From contig CAZILK010000002.1 of the NCBI GenBank assembly GCA_964540135.1, positions 33,074 to 97,073 of the forward strand: a stretch of DNA of 64,000 nt, in the 5' to 3' direction. Within the stretch, counting starts at the first letter, position 1; each line of letters opens with the position of its first letter. The DNA comes from an uncultured Candidatus Saccharibacteria bacterium (GTDB lineage: Bacteria > Patescibacteriota > WWE3 > UBA101185 > UBA10185). Both the position numbers and the translations under genes were made by a program. The notes under the pieces are model-generated. The model worked only from the letters and a program-made list of their open reading frames with translations, searched no databases and was not told the origin of the DNA. This document shows, one piece after another, positions 28,881-38,915 of the stretch.

Positions 28881-30044
28881 CTAGTTAGTCGATTGGCTGA
28901 CTGAAATCCCTCCAAAGTCGGTATATATCAGTGAACCTTTTAGAGGACCTGAGGTGACTATAATATGTTCATATTCCTCTGGAGTTCCCCCATTTTCAAA
29001 AACTATAGATCCAGTTGAATATAACATCTCTCGTAGCTCATCTGGAGTGTAATCAGGAATTGAAGTTGAGAATGTTACAGAATTTCCAGCAGCTCCAAGT
29101 ATTCTAAAGTCAACCTTGACATGAGAACGCCCATTTGAATCAACTGCAGCTTCACCTATATCTACTAGCGATTCTGGTAACGCGTCAACTTGTTCTGGGC
29201 TTAAATGCGTACCAGCTATCGGCAAGTGCAACCTACCCTCATCATCAACGTACGCACCAGCTTCGTTCAGTATACTCATAACATCGTCTCTATCGTCTTC
29301 CCCAACTATCTTTTCCTGCAATCTAGTGAAAAAACTGTCCTCAGCTGGATCCGGTGTGTACTCTGCTACTGGGTGCAAGTCCAAAGTACTAGGCATAGAT
29401 ACACCATTTAATTCCGCAATTTCAACATAACCATATCCGACCATGCCACCCACATGAGTCCAAGCTTTAAAATCGTACCTATTTGGATATTTATTACTTG
29501 GAAGGACTATTAATAGATTACCTTCACTGGCTGCTCGTGCAATTTTTGTTGAAGACTCATCATCCAGCTCACCAGATACTGTAATACTTAATATGTGTTT
29601 TTCACCGCCTGGTTCTTCAAACTCAAGTCCTATTTCAGTTACTAGCGGATTACCAACATAATCTGAAGAGTGCATATGTTTAAAACTAACTTCAATAGGC
29701 AGTTCAAGAGAAAAATACCCATCTCCAGGTTTAATGACTTTTCGACTCAGCAATTCTTGTAAACCGTCGGTAAACACACCATCTCGTGACTGGGCTTCGC
29801 CATCAAAGCGCATTGAAGGCCTAGTATGATCGGCAAGAGGGTTAGGTACCTTGGCATTCTCAATCATCTCAGCCAAAGCTTCTTGTCTTTCTTCAAGAGG
29901 TATAGAGGACTCAGGCCTGATGCTTGTAACTGCATCTGCAACCTTGTTTTCACCATAGATGTACCCCCCGAGAGCCGCGGCTCCTCCTAGACTTGCTATA
30001 AATAGTGCTGCCTTAGCCTTATCAGCATTCGAAAATTCCGACAT
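28881..30044 (-). CDS. hypothetical membrane-anchored acidic protein
   Basis: N-terminal TM helix; AGGAGG upstream. Confidence 0.7.
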   Translation of the reverse strand: MSEFSNADKAKAALFIASLGGAAALGGYIYGENKVADAVTSIRPESSIPLEERQEALAEMIENAKVPNPLADHTRPSMRFDGEAQSRDGVFTDGLQELLSRKVIKPGDGYFSLELPIEVSFKHMHSSDYVGNPLVTEIGLEFEEPGGEKHILSITVSGELDDESSTKIARAASEGNLLIVLPSNKYPNRYDFKAWTHVGGMVGYGYVEIAELNGVSMPSTLDLHPVAEYTPDPAEDSFFTRLQEKIVGEDDRDDVMSILNEAGAYVDDEGRLHLPIAGTHLSPEQVDALPESLVDIGEAAVDSNGRSHVKVDFRILGAAGNSVTFSTSIPDYTPDELREMLYSTGSIVFENGGTPEEYEHIIVTSGPLKGSLIYTDFGGISVSQSTN

Positions 30045-30251
30045 ACTACTAAAACCTCCTTTAAAATAAAATGTATCAATTTAATTATATATAAAAAACA
30101 TAAAAAGCGAAAGCTGATTTGATTTAACCTATTATTCGACCTCTGAATTCTTAAACACATTAGAATTTCGAAATAGTTGGCTAAATATAAGCTAGAAAGG
30201 ATAAGCACACTTATTCTAGAAGTCCTGCTTGAATTCAACTACAATCCATAT

Positions 30252-30767
30252 ATGACAACGCTTGGTCACATAACATCATCATATATACTAGCTAATGCCT
30301 CAAGACTTGTAGGAGTCAGTCCAACAGATAGTGAGATTCTAATTACAGTACTTGCAGGTAATATACTTGATCTTGATGTAATTGCCGGTGTATTGCTCAA
30401 AAAACGAGGCGATGAACACCACAACTTCATAACACACTCGCCTTTTGGTGCACTTCTTATCTATATCCCTATCGCAGTATTACTTGCCTACTTTGAAAAT
30501 TACTTCCTTCTTATTTTAATACCCCTCGCATTCCTCTTACACTTGGTACTTGATGACATAAGTTACTGGTTTTACCGTTTTGGATTTCAACAAATTAGCA
30601 AATATCCCCAAATAAATTGGCTGTATCCTGTCAGAAAAGGACGAACTGACAATTGGTCCCCATCCAATAGATACGCAATCATCACCTACTTTAAAAAAGC
30701 TCGAGTAAATGTTGCTATTGAGCTTATTTTTTTAGTAGTTGCAGTATTACTTTTTATCTATAGCTGA
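30252..30767 (+). CDS. YdjM-like membrane-bound metal-dependent hydrolase
   Basis: LGH, LDLD, HHNFITHS, HLVLD, WLYP. Confidence 0.8.
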   Translation: MTTLGHITSSYILANASRLVGVSPTDSEILITVLAGNILDLDVIAGVLLKKRGDEHHNFITHSPFGALLIYIPIAVLLAYFENYFLLILIPLAFLLHLVLDDISYWFYRFGFQQISKYPQINWLYPVRKGRTDNWSPSNRYAIITYFKKARVNVAIELIFLVVAVLLFIYS

Positions 30768-30840
30768 TTCTCAAATTAAGCATAGACTGCAGAGCAGTCT
30801 GGGTATGGAAGTAAATATCGATTTGTTTTACAATCCTCAA

Positions 30841-31674
30841 ATGAGTACCCTCGGAACAAGAGAAGATAATATTCAAATTGGCAATATAATTTCCTCAAAT
30901 TACGGACTTACAATAAGCTTTATTGAGCTTATCAGCTGGGGCTATACGACAAATTGCTTCTATATAAAAACAGATGAGGGAGATTTTGTTGCGCGTGTTT
31001 CTGATTTTAGTGAAGAGAAAGTACTAGATATTAAACGAGATATGCTCATCTCAAGTGTACTAGGAAGTGAGTTTTTACTGCCAACATTTCTTAAAACAAC
31101 CAATGAAGAAGATCTTGTAACCTTTACAGATCTTGATAACAAAAAAAGACTGCTTAGGATATCCGATCACAAAGAAGGAGTCATGCCTTTTGCTCTTGAT
31201 GAAGAGCTACTTATTAAAATAACTGAATATCTTTACAAGTTACATAATACTGTCCCTGTAACCGCACTTAACCAGCTCCGCGACTCGGAACTGGTCCCAA
31301 GCATCTCAAGTCCCCATCAAGTACTACTACATGGAGATTTAACACCGTCAAATGTACTTGTTGCACATGGGGAGATTGTTAGAGTTGTGGACTTTGAAAT
31401 GGCACACTTTGGTCCCCCAGAGTATGATCTTGCCAAAACCGCACTCTTTTCTTGGTTTTACTTAAATAAAAAAGAATTTACAGAGATTACTGAAATAGTA
31501 ACAAGAGCATATGCAAAGAATTTAAACAAAGACCTGCTTAATGAATACTCTAAAACACATCTCAAAACGCATCTAGATAATATTTTAGCTCATGAGGGTT
31601 CTTATCAGAATCCTGCAGATTTCCAAAGAGATGTAACCTTCACCAAATCTATGCTCTCACGCCTCCTGAGTTAA
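30841..31674 (+). CDS. APH/choline-kinase-like phosphotransferase
   Basis: HGDLTPSN, VDFE, YDLA. Confidence 0.85.
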   Translation: MSTLGTREDNIQIGNIISSNYGLTISFIELISWGYTTNCFYIKTDEGDFVARVSDFSEEKVLDIKRDMLISSVLGSEFLLPTFLKTTNEEDLVTFTDLDNKKRLLRISDHKEGVMPFALDEELLIKITEYLYKLHNTVPVTALNQLRDSELVPSISSPHQVLLHGDLTPSNVLVAHGEIVRVVDFEMAHFGPPEYDLAKTALFSWFYLNKKEFTEITEIVTRAYAKNLNKDLLNEYSKTHLKTHLDNILAHEGSYQNPADFQRDVTFTKSMLSRLLS

Positions 31675-33204
31675 TCTTAGAGGCTGGTCTTGCATAAACT
31701 TAAGTCCAAGCTTAACTGCCGTCTCAGCCTTTGCTAACTGGCGTCCTAAGTCTGCTGCTGCACCAAGATCTGAAATCAACATATCCTTTATTGCAAGAGC
31801 ACACATATCTCTTGCAACTTTTGGTTTAGTCCCGTCTTCAACAAACTCAGCAAGCTTAGTGCTTCCTTCGGGGTTAAAAAACTTCAAAACAATATCTTTA
31901 CCATTTAACTCAACAGTGTAGTAGCCTCTTGGATCCCATTGGCAGGTTCTTCCTGTATTGTCATTGTCTTTCACAATCTTTAAACTATCGCTCCAATCAG
32001 TATCATAGATTTCAGCTATATGAGACACTGTTGTTAGAACCCCCATATCTTGGCCAATTTCAACAGCTAGTCTCTGCTGTAAAGTTCTTAATGCAAAAGC
32101 ATTAAGAGGCCATGCTCCATAAATATCATTGTTGCGAAAAACACAAGTCATATTGAGCTTTCCTTCGATACATTGGGCTAGTATCATCACAAGACAAGGT
32201 ACTTTCCATCCTTTTGTTTGCCCATCTGCTTTGATTTCAGTCTTTTTTGGCGGAAAATTATCAATATGCGGTTTCCAAAGTACTGCCAGTGCCCCCCTGT
32301 CATAAGGATATCTTGTTAACTTCTCAGCCATCTGTTTATATTGATCAACCTTGTCCCAAGTAAAAATACGCTCACCATATGTATATGCTTGCCCTTGTAA
32401 ATCAATATCAAAAAATCCCTTAATGTATAAATCTAACCCCTCTTTACCAAAATTTAAAAACTCCGGTAATACTGGGGTGGTTGGATCTTCTTTTTCAACA
32501 ACAATACTTAGGTTATGAACCTCTTTAACATTTGAATACATTCCGGGAACTTCGACCCCAAATCTGTTAATAACTTTAAGTGCATCTATCCATGCATCAG
32601 AAATTGTTTCTCTTCTAATTTTAAAAACTGAGGTGTCTGACGGAAATTTAGAAATCACTTCTTGTTTTGGTTCAGGAAATAAAATAGGTTTTGCAAAAGC
32701 TTCTTTTTGAACAAAAGTTTTTGTTAATTCTTTAATTTTAGTAAGAGGTTGCATTCTTAAGTCAAAGATCTCCACAGCCTGCTTAAGATCAGAAAGAGCC
32801 TCCGGAGTAAATTCTTTATCCAATAATGCTTCGGGATCGCCGTTAATTGAGAAGCCTTTTCGATCACCGCTTTCACCAAAACATTCGGTGAAACCATTGG
32901 CAAAAAACTTTAAAAGCGCGTCCCCACTCCCCTGTCGATCAACTCCACAAAGAACAATATAGCGGATTGTTGGATTTGCAAAAATATTTCGAAACATCGG
33001 ATTTATTCCGCGTTTAGTATAAAGCTGACCACACGCACAGTAATCAACCCCGTCTTTATCCAACACATCTGCAACGCTTTCTTTTGGCATCCACAAAGTC
33101 GCAATACCAATATTGGAGGCTTTGTTTTTTATAATCAAGGCATCTTTAAAATAGATCGGCCAGTTGGCAATTTTCTCTGCATCACTAACAGTTAATAAGT
33201 CCAT
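31657..33204 (-). CDS. MtrA-like domain + archaeal-type thymidylate synthase + DUF4346 fusion
   Basis: IATLW, GQLYT, NIFANPTIRYIVLCG; YTYGERI, VPCL, FRNND, AWPLN; DPRGYY, LGRQLAKAE, QDQP. Confidence 0.8.
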   Translation of the reverse strand: MDLLTVSDAEKIANWPIYFKDALIIKNKASNIGIATLWMPKESVADVLDKDGVDYCACGQLYTKRGINPMFRNIFANPTIRYIVLCGVDRQGSGDALLKFFANGFTECFGESGDRKGFSINGDPEALLDKEFTPEALSDLKQAVEIFDLRMQPLTKIKELTKTFVQKEAFAKPILFPEPKQEVISKFPSDTSVFKIRRETISDAWIDALKVINRFGVEVPGMYSNVKEVHNLSIVVEKEDPTTPVLPEFLNFGKEGLDLYIKGFFDIDLQGQAYTYGERIFTWDKVDQYKQMAEKLTRYPYDRGALAVLWKPHIDNFPPKKTEIKADGQTKGWKVPCLVMILAQCIEGKLNMTCVFRNNDIYGAWPLNAFALRTLQQRLAVEIGQDMGVLTTVSHIAEIYDTDWSDSLKIVKDNDNTGRTCQWDPRGYYTVELNGKDIVLKFFNPEGSTKLAEFVEDGTKPKVARDMCALAIKDMLISDLGAAADLGRQLAKAETAVKLGLKFMQDQPLRLTQEA

Positions 33205-33659
33205 TTATCCCCCCAAACTTCCTCACCTGCTATTTTTATAACCTCAATATTATTTGACTTGAAAAGACTTAGAGAAGCGTTGCCGTCATTTATATAGTCA
33301 GTCATGTAATAAAGTTTTGAGATACTTGCTTTAACGAGAAGTCTTGCACAGGCGGGACATGGGAACGTTGTCACATAAATCTCAGTTCCCTTAAGACTTA
33401 TCCCCTTCGCTGCGGCTTGACCTACAACCGATGCTTCTGCATGAATAGAACATGTAATCTCAGGACATCTCCCGGCTGTCAGTTCTCTTTCCCTCCTATC
33501 ACAAACTCCCTTTTGACAATATATCTCTCCGGGAAGAGTTTCGTTAAAGCTGGTGAGAATTTTAGTACCATCTCTCACAACAATACAGCCAACTTTATGA
33601 AAACAAAGCGAGTTATCACACAGGAGACAGGCAGATTTCATTATTTCTTTAGGCAGCAT
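33192..33659 (-). CDS. dCMP deaminase family protein
   Basis: KVGCIVV, IHAEA, TTFPCPAC. Confidence 0.9.
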   Translation of the reverse strand: MLPKEIMKSACLLCDNSLCFHKVGCIVVRDGTKILTSFNETLPGEIYCQKGVCDRRERELTAGRCPEITCSIHAEASVVGQAAAKGISLKGTEIYVTTFPCPACARLLVKASISKLYYMTDYINDGNASLSLFKSNNIEVIKIAGEEVWGDKWTY

Positions 33660-33661
33660 AA

Positions 33662-34861
33662 TTATTTTTTAAGTTTTGGCTCTTCGGCGAGGATTTTATG
33701 ATACTTCTCCTCATCCATACATTCTTTAAATATTTGCTTAACTTTAAGTCCTGCTAACTTATCGATTATACCAGAGGACGAGGTATTGAATGCCTGTCTT
33801 TTTCCAAGTACCACCTGCCCTTTATAGGACTTAACAAGCTTATACTCTTTACTCTTCTTATATCCATTGTTCCAGCTCTCATCAACAGTATAAAACGCAT
33901 CTGGTTTTAGCTCTCTTAAGCACTCAAGGATCGGGCCTCCATCAAAGATTACAACGTAATCAACTGGATCTAAATGGCACAGAGTATATGCACGTGAGAA
34001 CTGTGAAATAATTGGCCTACCTATCCCCTTTGTATACCGAATAACATCATCAGAAGGTATGCCAACAACAAGTATGTCTCCGCACAAGCCCGCTTGCTCA
34101 ACAAACCTTGCATGACCAATATGGAATAAATCAAACCCCCCTGCAACAAATGAGATCTTTTTATTCCTGTGAAGCTTACGAATCTTACTAAGACTATCTA
34201 TGCCAACAACAGACATTGTTGGATCGTAAGCTTTCTTGGAAGATGGAGTTTGAGGTCCAAAGTCTGCAGGGCGTAAATCCTCGCCAGGAGTTAACGAAAA
34301 ATTCCTCACTTTTTCTTTTAAATAATATTCTAAAATCTGAATAACTCTGATATTTGCTATATGCTCAATAAGATCAGTTGTGCTGTAGTACGGTTTATGA
34401 ACTGGAGCAATTATAATTTTTGTTTTGGTCATTTTAGTAACTTCTTTATCTGTTGCACTACGAATACCGGTGTCCCAGCTAAGTTCTACTGTATAAAAAA
34501 TATCAGGCTTTAATAAAAGCACGACATCATATGGATTTTTTTCATCAACCGAAACTACATAATCTACAACTTTTAAAAAAGTGAGAAGTTCTTTTCTTAT
34601 CTCTTCCGAGATTAGTGGGAACTCAGAACCTTTTGCTTTTTCTGAAAAATCTGTTGATACTCCAACAACCAGAATGTCTCCCTGTGCTTTAGCTTCAGCC
34701 AAATACCTGCATTGCCCGGGGTGTAAAAGGTTGTATGAACCGATTGTGAAAACAATCTTTTTGTTTTGTTTTTTTAATTTTGTTGATAACTGTGGAAGCT
34801 GAGAGAGATCAAGTAGTTTTGTTTTACGTGTTAAATGATTTTTAAGCTTGGTTTTGTACAC
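33662..34861 (-). CDS. tandem two-domain cytidylyltransferase-like protein (RfaE/TagD/RibL HxGH superfamily)
   Basis: Domain 1 GSYNLLHPGQ, LVVGV, STT; domain 2 GGFDLFHIGH, LVVGI, RPI, SSS. Confidence 0.85.
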   Translation of the reverse strand: MYKTKLKNHLTRKTKLLDLSQLPQLSTKLKKQNKKIVFTIGSYNLLHPGQCRYLAEAKAQGDILVVGVSTDFSEKAKGSEFPLISEEIRKELLTFLKVVDYVVSVDEKNPYDVVLLLKPDIFYTVELSWDTGIRSATDKEVTKMTKTKIIIAPVHKPYYSTTDLIEHIANIRVIQILEYYLKEKVRNFSLTPGEDLRPADFGPQTPSSKKAYDPTMSVVGIDSLSKIRKLHRNKKISFVAGGFDLFHIGHARFVEQAGLCGDILVVGIPSDDVIRYTKGIGRPIISQFSRAYTLCHLDPVDYVVIFDGGPILECLRELKPDAFYTVDESWNNGYKKSKEYKLVKSYKGQVVLGKRQAFNTSSSGIIDKLAGLKVKQIFKECMDEEKYHKILAEEPKLKK

Positions 34862-34904
34862 AGTGGGGATTATTATATATAATAACTTTTGTTTATCAAT
34901 AATT

Positions 34905-35402
34905 ATGAAACAAACTAAAGACCCTTATTCGAATGAAGCTCAGATGACTGCACGAATCGGGAACGAGTGGTACGATACTATCTCCTCAACAGTTACAAAA
35001 TGCCCTTTTTGTGATTTGAAAGCTAAATATCTTGTTAAAGACTGGGACAACTGCGTACTTACTGTTAATACTTTCCCTTACATTGATGGCCACCTGATGG
35101 TTGTTCCAAAAAGACATGTTGAACGGTTAACTGATCTAAACAAAAAGGAGTGGGCAGAAGCGCAAGAACTTTTATCAAAAGGGATGGATGTTTTGCGTAA
35201 ACATTTTGAGTATGTTGACTTCAATATACTGTACAGAGAAGGCGGCAAAGACTCAGGTTCAAGCCTTAAACACCTCCACATTCACATTATCCCAACACGA
35301 GGCCTATTAACGTATCGACTTGGTGGTTTTAATTTTGACTTTCAAAAGATCAACTTCCCGCCAGTAGAAACTGCTGATAAATTACGACAGTTGTACAACT
35401 GA
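34905..35402 (+). CDS. HIT family hydrolase (Ap4A phosphorylase/Fhit-like)
   Basis: CPFC, NTFPYIDGHLMVVPKRH, HLHIHIIP. Confidence 0.88.
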   Translation: MKQTKDPYSNEAQMTARIGNEWYDTISSTVTKCPFCDLKAKYLVKDWDNCVLTVNTFPYIDGHLMVVPKRHVERLTDLNKKEWAEAQELLSKGMDVLRKHFEYVDFNILYREGGKDSGSSLKHLHIHIIPTRGLLTYRLGGFNFDFQKINFPPVETADKLRQLYN

Positions 35403-35409
35403 GTTATGG

Positions 35410-36444
35410 CTAGAACTCTCCTACTCTAACAATTTCCTCAATCAAATCTAACCCTAGTTTGTTTTTAGCGGTTTCTTTTACAAATTCGATTAAACTTGCG
35501 TAATCTCTAGCAGTAGCACCAGGATGTGTGATAATAAAATTAGCATGTGTTTCACAAATCTGAACTCCTCCAATTTTATAGCCTTTTAAGTTTAAAACTT
35601 TATCGATGATGTAACCTGTAGATAGATTGTCAAGAGAACAAGAGGCCTTTTGTTCCTCAGTTATATTTCTAAAAATTGAACCAATGGAATTCTTTGGCTG
35701 AAGTGTTTTTTGCGCTATCCATTTATTAGCAACTTCCCTAGCCTTTTGCTTATCTCCCAAAAACAACACAAATGTAGCTGACAAAATATAATCTCCAGTA
35801 CTATGAAATATAGTGTCATAATAATTGAGCCCGAGTTCTTCTCTTTTGAGAATTTTTCTTTCCCCGCTTTTTGTTAGAATTTCAACTTCTTCTAAAAATT
35901 GTCCGATTAACCACTTGGCACCGTGAATATTATTCCAAACAGCACCGCCAATTGTTCCAGGTATTCCAGCAAACACCTCAAGTCCGCAAGCGCCATGCTC
36001 AATACAGTAACTAATGGCATAGGATAGTGGTGTACCACTAAGAATGTTGACTCGTATGCCCTCACTTGTAGGAGAGATATCTATACCTTTAAGATCCAGA
36101 AACCCTGGCATCCAGTGACTTTCTTCTTTTTTTGCCTCCCCTGTTTGGTTGAAATCAATTCTAACTTTATCTAAGAGCTCAATACCTGTACAAGAGTTTT
36201 TAATAACAAGGCCTCTAAACCCTTTATCCCCAATTAAGGTGTTAGATCCTCCGCCCAATACAAACAAAGGGATGTTGTTTTCTCGTGAGAAATTAATAGC
36301 AGGGGCAATATCTTCAATATTAGTTATGTTTATAAAGAGATCAGCAGGCCCACCTATCTTTAAAGTTGAGTATTTTGCAAGAGATTCGTTTTCAAAGACT
36401 TGAATTGATACAAGCTTCTGGAGCTTGCTAACATTATTTGTCAT
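35410..36444 (-). CDS. murB: UDP-N-acetylmuramate dehydrogenase
   Basis: TLKIGGPA, LGGGSN, GIPGTIGGA, GSIFRN, HANF. Confidence 0.95.
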   Translation of the reverse strand: MTNNVSKLQKLVSIQVFENESLAKYSTLKIGGPADLFINITNIEDIAPAINFSRENNIPLFVLGGGSNTLIGDKGFRGLVIKNSCTGIELLDKVRIDFNQTGEAKKEESHWMPGFLDLKGIDISPTSEGIRVNILSGTPLSYAISYCIEHGACGLEVFAGIPGTIGGAVWNNIHGAKWLIGQFLEEVEILTKSGERKILKREELGLNYYDTIFHSTGDYILSATFVLFLGDKQKAREVANKWIAQKTLQPKNSIGSIFRNITEEQKASCSLDNLSTGYIIDKVLNLKGYKIGGVQICETHANFIITHPGATARDYASLIEFVKETAKNKLGLDLIEEIVRVGEF

Positions 36445-36460
36445 AGCATCAGAATGCGAC

Positions 36461-36676
36461 TTAACTACTTGAGACAGGAGAATCTCCGCTTGAGGTCCCA
36501 GATGTTAGAACAGCTGAGTCCTTTATAACAATATCATCTCCCGGCTCTTGTAAGTTCAATATAGTCTCCTCCAACTCTAGTATAGCCCAAGCCGCTTTCT
36601 TTGCAGCAGCCCAAAGATCATCGGTAGCTAATTTGGGCTCTTCTTGTATTCCCTGTTCCGTTGCAAGATTTTCCAT
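36461..36676 (-). CDS. small acidic hypothetical protein
   Basis: 71-aa ORF filling the murA-murB gap on the same strand. Confidence 0.5.
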   Translation of the reverse strand: MENLATEQGIQEEPKLATDDLWAAAKKAAWAILELEETILNLQEPGDDIVIKDSAVLTSGTSSGDSPVSSS

Positions 36677-36706
36677 ATTTAGTTCTTTCTTTGAGCAGAA
36701 TTCTAA

Positions 36707-38017
36707 CTATATACTTGTTATATCCGCACCAAGTTTACTATAAACATTGATGATATCTGGATATCTTCTTTTTAAAATATCGACACCGTGAATTTTCGTC
36801 TCAACTTTATCACAAAGACTCGCTAAAAACACTGCTTTGCATGCCTGAATAACTTCTGGTACAACAACATCACCTCCGTGAAATTTCACAGGGCCGTGAA
36901 CTATAATCTTCTGGGAATCTAATACATCAATTGTGGCTCCCATGTCTTTTAAGTTGTATACAAATCTAAGACCGGACTCATACATCCAGTTGTTTATAAG
37001 AAGCCTACCCTTTGTCCTAGAGGCTAAAGTTACAACAACAGGCAATACATCAACGGGAAAAGCGGGCCACGGACCTGGATTTAATTTAGGTAAATCGCTA
37101 TCCGCCATTGGAAAACCTGAATTTATCGTATCTATTTCCAAATCCCCTGTTCCATCAATTAACAGATCAGAACCTTTAACTGTAAGTCCTATTCCAAATT
37201 TTGAAAATATATTAACTAACCCTCCTGAAATGTGTGTCTCACCACCACCAAGAACTGTTATCTTACCTCTTGTAACAGCTGCAGCTACAATAAAGCCACC
37301 TATATCAACAAAGTCCGGCTCAGGAATAAATGTTGCTCCTTTTAAATTGGTAGAACCGTGAATAACTAGTTTATTCGACCCTATACCCTCAATAGTTGCT
37401 CCCATATCAACAAGGAGTTTACTGAGCTGAACAACATGTGGTTCGCATGCAGCATTAATTAATGTTGTTTTTGCATCAAGACCTGCTAAATACATGAGTA
37501 GATTTTCGGTAGCTGTAACACTCGGTTCCGTTTGCCATATCGTTAAAGGCTCTGTACGAGGCTGTGCCGGTGCTTTAAACACAACACTATCTTCGTGATA
37601 TTCAATGGAAACACCAGCTTTAGTAAACACCTCAATATGAGCTGCAATAGATCTTTTCCCAAGAGTGCATCCTCCAGGAAGAGGTATCTTCGCCTGTTTA
37701 AAACGATTTAGAAGCGGACCAACGAACACTATGGAAGTTCTAATTAAGCTACCAAGCTCGTGATCAACTTCAAAAGTTGTTAAGTTATCAGCGGTAATAG
37801 TTACATCTGGAAGATTTTTCTCAACCTTTGCACCAAGAAGTGCAGCCATCTCAAGCATTTTTGAAACATCAGTTGTATCGGGAAAGTTTTTACAGAAAAC
37901 AGGTTCTTTTGTGAGAAGACTTGCAGAAATGACTTTAATAATTGCGTTTTTGTTTGGAATTGGCTCAACAGTTCCGTTTAGTGCTATTCCACCATTTACG
38001 ATAATTGAGTTTGACAC
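36707..38017 (-). CDS. murA: UDP-N-acetylglucosamine 1-carboxyvinyltransferase
   Basis: NKNA, LPGGCTLGKR, SVTATEN, EPHV, PAFPVD, RRY. Confidence 0.95.
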   Translation of the reverse strand: MSNSIIVNGGIALNGTVEPIPNKNAIIKVISASLLTKEPVFCKNFPDTTDVSKMLEMAALLGAKVEKNLPDVTITADNLTTFEVDHELGSLIRTSIVFVGPLLNRFKQAKIPLPGGCTLGKRSIAAHIEVFTKAGVSIEYHEDSVVFKAPAQPRTEPLTIWQTEPSVTATENLLMYLAGLDAKTTLINAACEPHVVQLSKLLVDMGATIEGIGSNKLVIHGSTNLKGATFIPEPDFVDIGGFIVAAAVTRGKITVLGGGETHISGGLVNIFSKFGIGLTVKGSDLLIDGTGDLEIDTINSGFPMADSDLPKLNPGPWPAFPVDVLPVVVTLASRTKGRLLINNWMYESGLRFVYNLKDMGATIDVLDSQKIIVHGPVKFHGGDVVVPEVIQACKAVFLASLCDKVETKIHGVDILKRRYPDIINVYSKLGADITSI

Positions 38018-38038
38018 AAATTCATTTTAACACCTCTG

Positions 38039-38848
38039 TCAAATATGCAAGTGGTTCATGAGTAAAAATCTAACAACCAAAGGACCCATTCCTCCTGGAG
38101 ACGGAGAAACAACTCCTAAATGATCTAAGGAATGATTTAAATTCAAATCTCCAGTCGTTTTGCCATTTAACACAGAGGACCCAAAATCAATTACATTACA
38201 CCCAGATTTAATATCTTGGGGATTAACAAGATTTGGAATCCCAGCACTTAAAATTATTAGGTCATAATCAAGTCTATCTCCAGCGTTGTAATTAATATTA
38301 ATTTCAACAGAGTAACCTTGAGATTTTAAGAAATAACTAGCAGGTTTTCCAACCAATTCTCCATACCCTATAATACAAGCTCTAAGAGGCTCGGCTTTTG
38401 GCGGGAGCATTGTACCCAAGAAGTACCGGACCCCCCGAACTACGGGAGATTCAAACTCACTTACACCTGTATAAAATAGGTTTTTTGACTCTTTACCTAA
38501 AATATCTATATCCTTTGCTTGAGGCAATAAATCAAGCAGTGGGTACAAAGATGAGTCAGGTAGTGGTAGTTGGACTATAATACTACCCACGCTGGCGTCT
38601 TCTGAGAGCTTAAGCAACAGCTGTTTGGTGATCTCAGCATCAGACTGACTTTTATAGTCTAACCTATATAGTCCTGCGGGAATACCGAGTCTTTTACAAA
38701 CTTTGAGCTTTAAAGACACATACTTTTCAGAAGACTCATTGTCCCCTATTTGGATTATTGCGAGTTCTTTTTCTTTAAAAGTTTTAGGGGCATTGAGTAT
38801 CTGTTCTTCTAACTTTTCTGCATGTAACTTACCATCAAACAGGATCAT
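38039..38848 (-). CDS. folD: FolD methylenetetrahydrofolate dehydrogenase/cyclohydrolase (divergent)
   Basis: FDGK, YVSLK, IIVQLPLP, KDID, LVGKP, PGGMGP. Confidence 0.88.
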   Translation of the reverse strand: MILFDGKLHAEKLEEQILNAPKTFKEKELAIIQIGDNESSEKYVSLKLKVCKRLGIPAGLYRLDYKSQSDAEITKQLLLKLSEDASVGSIIVQLPLPDSSLYPLLDLLPQAKDIDILGKESKNLFYTGVSEFESPVVRGVRYFLGTMLPPKAEPLRACIIGYGELVGKPASYFLKSQGYSVEININYNAGDRLDYDLIILSAGIPNLVNPQDIKSGCNVIDFGSSVLNGKTTGDLNLNHSLDHLGVVSPSPGGMGPLVVRFLLMNHLHI

Positions 38849-38862
38849 GGAAAAATGGTATC

Positions 38863-38895
38863 AAAAAAAGGGACAATGCGCTAAAAGCGCATTGT
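38863..38895 (-). terminator. intrinsic terminator
   Basis: Perfect 10-bp stem ACAATGCGCT/AGCGCATTGT followed on the minus strand by CCC and T7. Confidence 0.75.
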
Positions 38896-38915
38896 GTTGT
38901 TTGAAAAATAAGTTC

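Noticed and set aside
32680-33204. Methanogenesis or Mtr complex
   Set aside because: Only an isolated MtrA-like domain lacking the cobamide His; no other mtr genes
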